Shown here piece by piece: positions 57,515 through 64,000 of a stretch of 64,000 nucleotides of DNA. The notes beneath the pieces were generated by a model. That model saw nothing but the letters and a program-made list of their open reading frames with translations. It was not told where the DNA came from and did not search any database. Position 1 is the stretch's first letter, and each line of letters begins with the position of its first letter. The position numbers and the translations under genes are program-made. The stretch comes from an uncultured delta proteobacterium (GTDB lineage: Bacteria > Desulfobacterota > Desulfuromonadia > Geobacterales > Pseudopelobacteraceae), in contig CAVYYZ010000011.1 in NCBI GenBank assembly GCA_963772835.1, positions 224,001 through 288,000 on the forward strand, in the 5' to 3' direction.

Positions 57515-57531
57515 GCAAGGTAATACCAATT
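57515..57531. promoter_or_regulatory. FadR-type operator upstream of sucC
   Basis: Minus strand AATTGGT-ATT-ACCTTGC. TTGACT lies 18 nt upstream at 57550-57555. Confidence 0.65.
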
Positions 57532-57816
57532 ATTCCTTTGAATGTTTAAAGTCAACTCTTTTTAGTTATTTGAAAAAAAAGTGGCCATTAACATGCCAGT
57601 GATGATTATCATCATTCATGTTATTTTTTACATAAATAGTGTAAAAGTTGTATAAAAAACAGATAGATAATTATAATCTTATTGTATTTAAATATAATTA
57701 ATGCTGGACAGTATATTTACTATTAATAAATAACTCATCGGAGTTTAATAGTATGATGAAATATTCATAACATTGTTTTTGATTGAAAATGCAAAAAACT
57801 AAGGTATGCTTTGCAC

Positions 57817-59076
57817 ATGATAACTACAACAACTCTCGATAATGGCGTCCGCATCGTCACTCAAAACATTGAGTATATGCATACAGTAACAACCGGCATC
57901 TGGGTGGCGAACGGCACACGTCATGAAGCTCCTGCTGATAACGGTGTTGCTCATTTTATCGAACATATGCTGTTTAAAGGGACAAAAAGACGCAGTGTTC
58001 ATCAGATCACCCGGGAGATAGACTCTATGGGGGGAATCCTGAATGCATTTACCGGACACGAGTATGTCTGTTATTATGCAAAAGTTCTGGCTAATTATCT
58101 CCCCCGTGCTGCCGACCTGCTGGCTGATATTTTTCTGAATTCGACTTTTCCGCTTGAAGAAATAGAACGTGAGCGCAGAGTTGTTCTTCAGGAAATAAAA
58201 ATGCGTGATGACTCTCCGGAAGAGTACATCCATGATCGATTTCATCAAAATTTCTGGCGAGGTCAAATGCTGGGCATGCCGGTGCTGGGAAGTCATGAAA
58301 CGGTTTCCGCATTTTCACGAGCATCAATCCTGTCCCATAAGAACAGCCGCTATCGTCCCCAGGATATTGTTATTGCAGCGGCCGGCAACGTGCGTCACGA
58401 TGAGCTTGTAAACATTCTGGCACCCCTGTTTTCCAGGTGTTCTTCACAGTGGCAGCCTGACTCAAAGGATACATTTCCCTCCACTGGAAAAGAGGTCAAT
58501 CTCATCGAACGGGAGATGGAGCAAACGCTTGTCTGTCTTGGCACGCGATCACTCCGCTATGATCATCAGGATCGATATACACTTTTTCTGTTGTCGACAA
58601 TTCTTGGTGGCGGGATGAGTTCACGACTTTTTCAGGAAATTCGCGAAAAGAAGGGGTTGGCATATTCTGTCTACTCTTACATAATTTCCCATGAAGACTC
58701 TGGGGCATTGGTGGTGTACGCTGGTACAGAGAGAGAGCATTGCATTGAAGTACTGGATATCGCACAACATGAGATGTCACGACTTGTTGCTGAAGAGGTG
58801 CCGCAGGATGAGCTTGACGCCGCCCGTGAACAGTTGAAAGGTAAAACTCTTATGTCGCTCGAAAGCAGCGACAGTTTGATGACCCGCCTGGCCAAAAACG
58901 AGATATATCTCCGGAAACAACAATCTATTGAAGATGTTCTCGCCAACTATGATGCTGTCGGCAGCAACGATATCCAGAGGGTGTCGCAACAATTGATCAA
59001 GAGTGACTATCTGCATCTTGAAGTTATGGGGCATATTTCTGATTTGGGCCTTTCAGCTGAAATGCTTGCGGTATAG
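57817..59076 (+). CDS. M16 (pitrilysin/MPP-like) zinc peptidase
   Basis: Inverted zinc motif HFIEH, MLFKGT, LNAFT, GGGMSSRLFQEIREKKGLAYSVYS. Confidence 0.92.
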   Translation: MITTTTLDNGVRIVTQNIEYMHTVTTGIWVANGTRHEAPADNGVAHFIEHMLFKGTKRRSVHQITREIDSMGGILNAFTGHEYVCYYAKVLANYLPRAADLLADIFLNSTFPLEEIERERRVVLQEIKMRDDSPEEYIHDRFHQNFWRGQMLGMPVLGSHETVSAFSRASILSHKNSRYRPQDIVIAAAGNVRHDELVNILAPLFSRCSSQWQPDSKDTFPSTGKEVNLIEREMEQTLVCLGTRSLRYDHQDRYTLFLLSTILGGGMSSRLFQEIREKKGLAYSVYSYIISHEDSGALVVYAGTEREHCIEVLDIAQHEMSRLVAEEVPQDELDAAREQLKGKTLMSLESSDSLMTRLAKNEIYLRKQQSIEDVLANYDAVGSNDIQRVSQQLIKSDYLHLEVMGHISDLGLSAEMLAV

Positions 59077-59144
59077 TTATATCAGTAGGATACGTATTAT
59101 TCTCATTGAATTTTGTGTTAAATTGTATTTTGCAGATATCATGC

Positions 59145-59174
59145 TTGACCTGGTTCGATTTTAAATGCTAGTGT
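59145..59174 (+). promoter_or_regulatory. Putative pyr operon promoter
   Basis: TTGACC-18 nt-TAGTGT with an extended -10 TG. Confidence 0.5.
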
Positions 59175-59191
59175 GTCCGCATTATATATTT

Positions 59192-59298
59192 CCCCTTTTA
59201 ATTTAGTCCGAGAGACTAACAAAGGCGACACAATGGTTTACACTGAATTCATACTGAAGAGGGTCTTGCCGCTTGGCGCGGGGAGGCTCTTTTTTTTG
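59192..59298 (+). ncRNA. PyrR-binding leader / transcription attenuator
   Basis: CCTTTTAATTTAGTCCGAGAGACTAACAAAGG matches the PyrR binding loop (TTTAA...AGTCCnnGAGrCT...AAGG). A terminator (AGAGGGTCTTGCCGC...GCGGGGAGGCTCT-TTTTTTT) follows just before pyrR. Confidence 0.85.
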
Positions 59299-59305
59299 TG
59301 CCTAA

Positions 59306-59854
<549 letters not shown>

Positions 59855-59867
59855 GGGGTAAACGGGA

Positions 59868-60800
59868 ATGGCCGAATTCAAGCACAAGCACATTATTGCC
59901 CTGCGGGACCTGTCGAAAGAGGATATTGAATTATTAATATCAACTGCAGAAAACATGCGGGAGATCAATAGCCGGGACATCAAGAAAGTTCCGACACTGC
60001 GTGGCAAGACGATCATCAACCTTTTTTACGAAGCCTCAACGCGTACACGCACCTCGTTCGAAATAGCCGGCAAGCGGCTTTCAGCTGACACCGTCAATAT
60101 TACGACAGCTTCCAGTTCGGCAACCAAGGGAGAGACTCTCGCAGACACGGCTCTGAATCTGCTTGCGATGAAACCTGATATCATCGTCATGCGCCATTCC
60201 GTCTCCGGTTCTCATTATTTTCTGGCGAACAAGATAAACTGTTCAATCATCAACGCCGGTGACGGTGCCCATGAACACCCTTCGCAGGGGCTGCTTGATA
60301 TGCTGACCATGAAGGACCGTTTCGGGCGACTTGATGGCCTGAAGGTGGCGATAGTCGGGGACATAACTCACAGTCGAGTTGCCCGTTCCAATATTCAGGG
60401 GTTGACCAAGCTTGGTTCGTCGGTGTTTTTGGCAGGGCCGCCAACCATGATGCCACCAGGGGTGGAAAAGCTGGGTGATGTTACGGTCTGCTCGACGATG
60501 AACGAAGCGCTGCAGGACGCGGATGTAGTTATGATGCTGCGGATTCAGCAGGAACGTCAGGGCAAGACTCTCATGCCGAACGCCCGCGAATATTCCCGAT
60601 ATTTCGGGCTTAATCCGGGCAATATTAAACTGGCTAAACCGAACGCCATTGTCATGCATCCCGGTCCGATCAACCGCGGGGTGGAAATGTCCTCCAGCAT
60701 GGTTGACGGCACCCAGTCCTGGATTCTGAAGCAGGTTGAAAACGGCGTGGCGGTAAGGATGTCGATGTTGTATCACGTCTGCGGCGGCGAACTGGAATAA
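59868..60800 (+). CDS. pyrB: Aspartate carbamoyltransferase catalytic subunit
   Basis: [40 protein letters not shown]. Confidence 0.97.
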   Translation: MAEFKHKHIIALRDLSKEDIELLISTAENMREINSRDIKKVPTLRGKTIINLFYEASTRTRTSFEIAGKRLSADTVNITTASSSATKGETLADTALNLLAMKPDIIVMRHSVSGSHYFLANKINCSIINAGDGAHEHPSQGLLDMLTMKDRFGRLDGLKVAIVGDITHSRVARSNIQGLTKLGSSVFLAGPPTMMPPGVEKLGDVTVCSTMNEALQDADVVMMLRIQQERQGKTLMPNAREYSRYFGLNPGNIKLAKPNAIVMHPGPINRGVEMSSSMVDGTQSWILKQVENGVAVRMSMLYHVCGGELE

Positions 60801-60920
60801 ATCGGTCAATTTAACGCCAGCTCGGCGTAAGTCTTCGGGATTGCTTGTGCGGCGTAGCGGTGCTACGCCTCCTCGCCATCCCTCGACAGCCTTGATCTGA
60901 CGGGAAATTACCCGATTTTA
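60798..60920. mobile_element. MITE-like palindromic element between pyrB and pyrC
   Basis: Terminal inverted repeats AAATCGGTCAATTT / AAATTACCCGATTT (12 of 14), nested GGGAT...ATCCC, and a perfect core hairpin GGCGTAGC-ggt-GCTACGCC. Confidence 0.6.
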
Positions 60921-60962
60921 CAAGTAATCAGCTTTGTAACTATTTTGGAACGAGGTGACTAT

Positions 60963-62237
60963 ATGAATCTTTTGATAAAAAACGGCCGGGTAATCGATCC
61001 TTCCCAGAAGATTGATGACATACTGGATGTACTGGTTGAAAACGGACTGATCAGGGAGATCGGCAAGGGGCTGGCTGCACCGGCCGGTTTTGAAGCGATT
61101 GATGCAACCGGAAAGTATGTCGTACCTGGTCTGATCGATATGCATGTTCATCTGCGTGATCCGGGTCTGGAGTACAAGGAAGACATCATTACCGGTACAA
61201 AGGCTGCGGTTGCCGGTGGTTTTACTTCGGTCTGCTGTATGCCCAATACCAAGCCGGTAATCGATAACAAAACGGTTGCCAGCTACATCATACATAAGGC
61301 CAAATCTGAAGGGTCCTGCAATGTTTTCCCTGTCGGTTCAATTACCTACGGACTTTCCGGGGATCGCATGTCGGAAATGGGTGAGTTAAAGGAATCCGGC
61401 TGTGTTGCTGTCTCCGATGATGGCAAGCCGGTCAATAACAGTGAATTGATGATGCGAACTCTACAGTACGCTGCCGGGATCGGAATAATGGTTATTTCCC
61501 ATGCCGAAGAATTGGAACTGGTGGGAGAGGGGGTTATGAATGAAGGCTTCACTTCCACCGAACTCGGGCTGAAGGGGATCCCGCGTGTCGCGGAAGATAT
61601 TGCAACGGCAAGAGAGACTCTGTTGGCAGAATATACCGGTACGCCGATTCATATCGCCCATGTTTCAACGAAAGGTTCTGTACGTATTATTCGTGAGGCC
61701 AAGGCGCGCGGAGTCAAGGTGACCTGTGAAACGGCTCCGCACTACTTCACACTGACAGATGACGCCGTGCGCGGCTACAACACCAACGCCAAGATGAATC
61801 CACCGTTACGGGAAGCAGATGATGTGGCCGCCATTAAGAAAGGACTGAGCGATGGCACCATTGATGCGATCGCCACAGATCATGCGCCTCACCATCAGGA
61901 TGAAAAAGATGTGGAGTTTAATGTTGCCATGAATGGCATAATCGGGCTGGAAACGTCTCTTTCGGTATCTCTTGCACTGGTTGACGAAGGTATTCTTACT
62001 CTTAATCAACTGATTGAGAAAATGTCATGTAACCCTTCGAATATACTCAGCCTTAATCGGGCTACATTGAAAGCCGGTGCAATTGCCGATATCACCCTGA
62101 TCGACCCGGCGATTGAGTGGGTTGTTGATGCGGACAGATTGGCCAGCAAATCAAAAAATTCACCCTGGCTTGGACAAAAACTTACTGGTGCTGCTGCAGC
62201 GACAATAGTAGGCGGCATGCTTGTGTACAAACGTTAA
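60963..62237 (+). CDS. pyrC: Dihydroorotase
   Basis: [46 protein letters not shown] before ATG 60963. Confidence 0.96.
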   Translation: MNLLIKNGRVIDPSQKIDDILDVLVENGLIREIGKGLAAPAGFEAIDATGKYVVPGLIDMHVHLRDPGLEYKEDIITGTKAAVAGGFTSVCCMPNTKPVIDNKTVASYIIHKAKSEGSCNVFPVGSITYGLSGDRMSEMGELKESGCVAVSDDGKPVNNSELMMRTLQYAAGIGIMVISHAEELELVGEGVMNEGFTSTELGLKGIPRVAEDIATARETLLAEYTGTPIHIAHVSTKGSVRIIREAKARGVKVTCETAPHYFTLTDDAVRGYNTNAKMNPPLREADDVAAIKKGLSDGTIDAIATDHAPHHQDEKDVEFNVAMNGIIGLETSLSVSLALVDEGILTLNQLIEKMSCNPSNILSLNRATLKAGAIADITLIDPAIEWVVDADRLASKSKNSPWLGQKLTGAAAATIVGGMLVYKR

Positions 62238-62261
62238 AAACAAAATCAGGAGAGGCAGTCT

Positions 62262-63389
62262 ATGAAAGCAATCCTTGCGCTCGCCGACGGGCGTATTTTT
62301 GAAGGGAAGTCATTCGGTTCAACGGGTGAGGCAACCGGTGAAGTTGTCTTTAATACAGCCATGTCTGGTTATCAGGAAGTTCTGACTGACCCTTCTTACA
62401 AAGGGCAGATGGTCACCATGACCTATCCTCAGATCGGCAACACAGGCATCAACACCGAGGACATTGAAAGCCGCGGGCTTTTCCTGTCAGGATTTATTGT
62501 TAAGGAGTATCTTGAATGCTATTCAAACTGGCGTGCCACCATGAGTCTTGCCTCCTATCTCATGGAGAACGGTGTAGTTGGTATTCAGGGAATTGACACC
62601 AGAGCACTGACACGGCATCTGCGTGATAAGGGCGCCCAGAACGGTGTCATCTCTACCGTAGATCTGGACCATGTCAGCCTGATCGCCAAGGCGCGCGCGG
62701 TGCCAAGCATGGCCGGCCTCGATCTGGCATCCGGCGTCTCCTGTGAAAAACCGTATCACTGGACTGAGGGTGTATGGGACCTGGAGGACGGATATCCCGA
62801 GATTGATCCATCGACATTCAAGTATAAGGTCGTGGCCTATGATTTTGGAATCAAATATAATATACTGCGCTGTCTGGCTGATGCCGGGTGCGACGTGACC
62901 GTGGTCCCGGCCAATTTCCCGGCTGAGGAAGCGCTGGCTTTGAATCCGGACGGTATCTTCCTTAGTAACGGTCCGGGCGACCCGGAACCTCTGGTTGCGA
63001 TTCAGGCTGAGATCAGAAAATTTATCGGGAAAAAACCGGTTTTCGGCATCTGTCTTGGCCATCAGCTGCTTGGACTCGCCCTGGGGGGCAAAACGTCAAA
63101 ACTCCCTTTCGGCAATCACGGATCAAATTTGCCGGTTATGGATATGCAGACGCGCAAGGTCGAGATTACGTCTCAGAATCATGGTTTTGCAGTTGATCTT
63201 GATTCGCTCGGTGATGTTGCCTGTCTGGGGCATGAGAACCTGAATGATCAGACCGTTGAAGGCATTCGCCACTGCGATCTGCCGGTATTCTCAGTTCAAC
63301 ATCACCCGGAAGCTTCACCCGGCCCTCATGACTCACAGTACCTGTTCCAGCGTTTCGTCGAATTGATGGAAAAGAGTAAGGGACAGTAG
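62262..63389 (+). CDS. carA: Carbamoyl-phosphate synthase small subunit
   Basis: GEVVFNT, LTDPSY, LSNGPGDP, GICLGHQ, SQNHGF, QHHPEASPGPHD. Confidence 0.97.
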   Translation: MKAILALADGRIFEGKSFGSTGEATGEVVFNTAMSGYQEVLTDPSYKGQMVTMTYPQIGNTGINTEDIESRGLFLSGFIVKEYLECYSNWRATMSLASYLMENGVVGIQGIDTRALTRHLRDKGAQNGVISTVDLDHVSLIAKARAVPSMAGLDLASGVSCEKPYHWTEGVWDLEDGYPEIDPSTFKYKVVAYDFGIKYNILRCLADAGCDVTVVPANFPAEEALALNPDGIFLSNGPGDPEPLVAIQAEIRKFIGKKPVFGICLGHQLLGLALGGKTSKLPFGNHGSNLPVMDMQTRKVEITSQNHGFAVDLDSLGDVACLGHENLNDQTVEGIRHCDLPVFSVQHHPEASPGPHDSQYLFQRFVELMEKSKGQ

Positions 63390-63428
63390 TCTGGGGACGA
63401 AGTGCCCGATTATAGGTTTGAATCTGAT

Positions 63429-64000
63429 ATGAATTACCATGCTCTTTTTCAATCCGGCGATTTGTTGGCGCGAGTTCGCGAGGCGTATCAGCGACTATCT
63501 GCATGCGATCTCTGCCCACATGAGTGCGGTGTCAATCGTATTAAAGGAGAGCTTGGTGTCTGCAGTGCAGGGTTGAAGCCGAAGATAGCCTCTGCCAATG
63601 TTCACTATGGTGAGGAACCTCCGATTTCGGGGACAAAAGGTTCCGGTACTGTTTTTATGTCGGGATGTTCCCTGAAATGTGTTTTCTGCCAGAATTACCC
63701 TATAAGCCAGTTTTGTAACGGAGAAGCGGTCTCCACGAAGGAGCTCGCGTCCCGTATGCTCAAACTGCAGCGTCAGGGTGTTCATAACATCAACTTTGTG
63801 ACTCCGACCCATTTTATCGCTCAGATTCTTGCTGCACTCTGGATTGCGATACCTCAGGGTTTCAAACTGCCGATTGTCTGGAACAGTAGCGGTTACGAAA
63901 AGATTGATGTTCTTCAACTTCTTGATGGAATTGTGTCAATCTACCTTCCGGACATGAAATATTCTGATGATTCGATTGCTATTCAGCTGTCATCAGCGCC
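63429..64000 (+). CDS. Radical SAM protein, PflX-like (3'-truncated; absent from the ORF track)
   Basis: Hand translation MNYHALFQSG...CDLCPHECGVNR...HYGEEPPISGTKGSGTVFMSGCSLKCVFCQN (CxxxCxxC), NINFVTPTH. Confidence 0.88.
   Translation, partial: MNYHALFQSGDLLARVREAYQRLSACDLCPHECGVNRIKGELGVCSAGLKPKIASANVHYGEEPPISGTKGSGTVFMSGCSLKCVFCQNYPISQFCNGEAVSTKELASRMLKLQRQGVHNINFVTPTHFIAQILAALWIAIPQGFKLPIVWNSSGYEKIDVLQLLDGIVSIYLPDMKYSDDSIAIQLSSA

Overview
Gene-dense chromosomal window that looks like a Geobacteraceae/Desulfuromonadia bacterium. This is inferred from protein sequences and the fbp-comEC-GGDEF-hisS and pyrR-pyrB-pyrC-carA gene orders. No rRNA, tRNA, CRISPR array, integrase or transposase was seen. 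1-33.6 kb is mostly housekeeping (two ABC-F ATPases, DEAD-box helicase, ispB, TlpA/CcdA, fbp, comEC, frameshifted hisS, ruvB, Hda-like ATPase, znuACB, an old yellow enzyme, a type IA topoisomerase). It also carries several cyclic-nucleotide genes: a GAF-PilB/GspE ATPase divergent from a class II phosphodiesterase, a Hypr-type (GacA-like, Ser-signature) GGDEF probable 3',3'-cGAMP synthase, and a DJ-1/YajL-HD-GYP fusion. The most notable region is a ~24 kb metabolic block (33.6-57.4 kb). It holds GlcD/GlcF and LutC/LutB-LutA 2-hydroxyacid (probably lactate) dehydrogenases, a TRAP transporter, an AEC carrier, two paralogous FadR regulators and sucCD. Three of its promoters share a FadR-type operator at a near-constant distance from a TTGAC[AT] hexamer. 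Inside it is a 12 kb-scale operon-like run, ecfA-ecfA'-ecfT-rnfCDGEAB-apbE-eetA-like-eetB-like: a Firmicutes-style Rnf packaged with what looks like a dedicated ECF flavin-export and flavinylation module in a Gram-negative host. The window ends with a PyrR-attenuated pyrimidine operon. All calls come from reading motifs by eye; no database searches were run.
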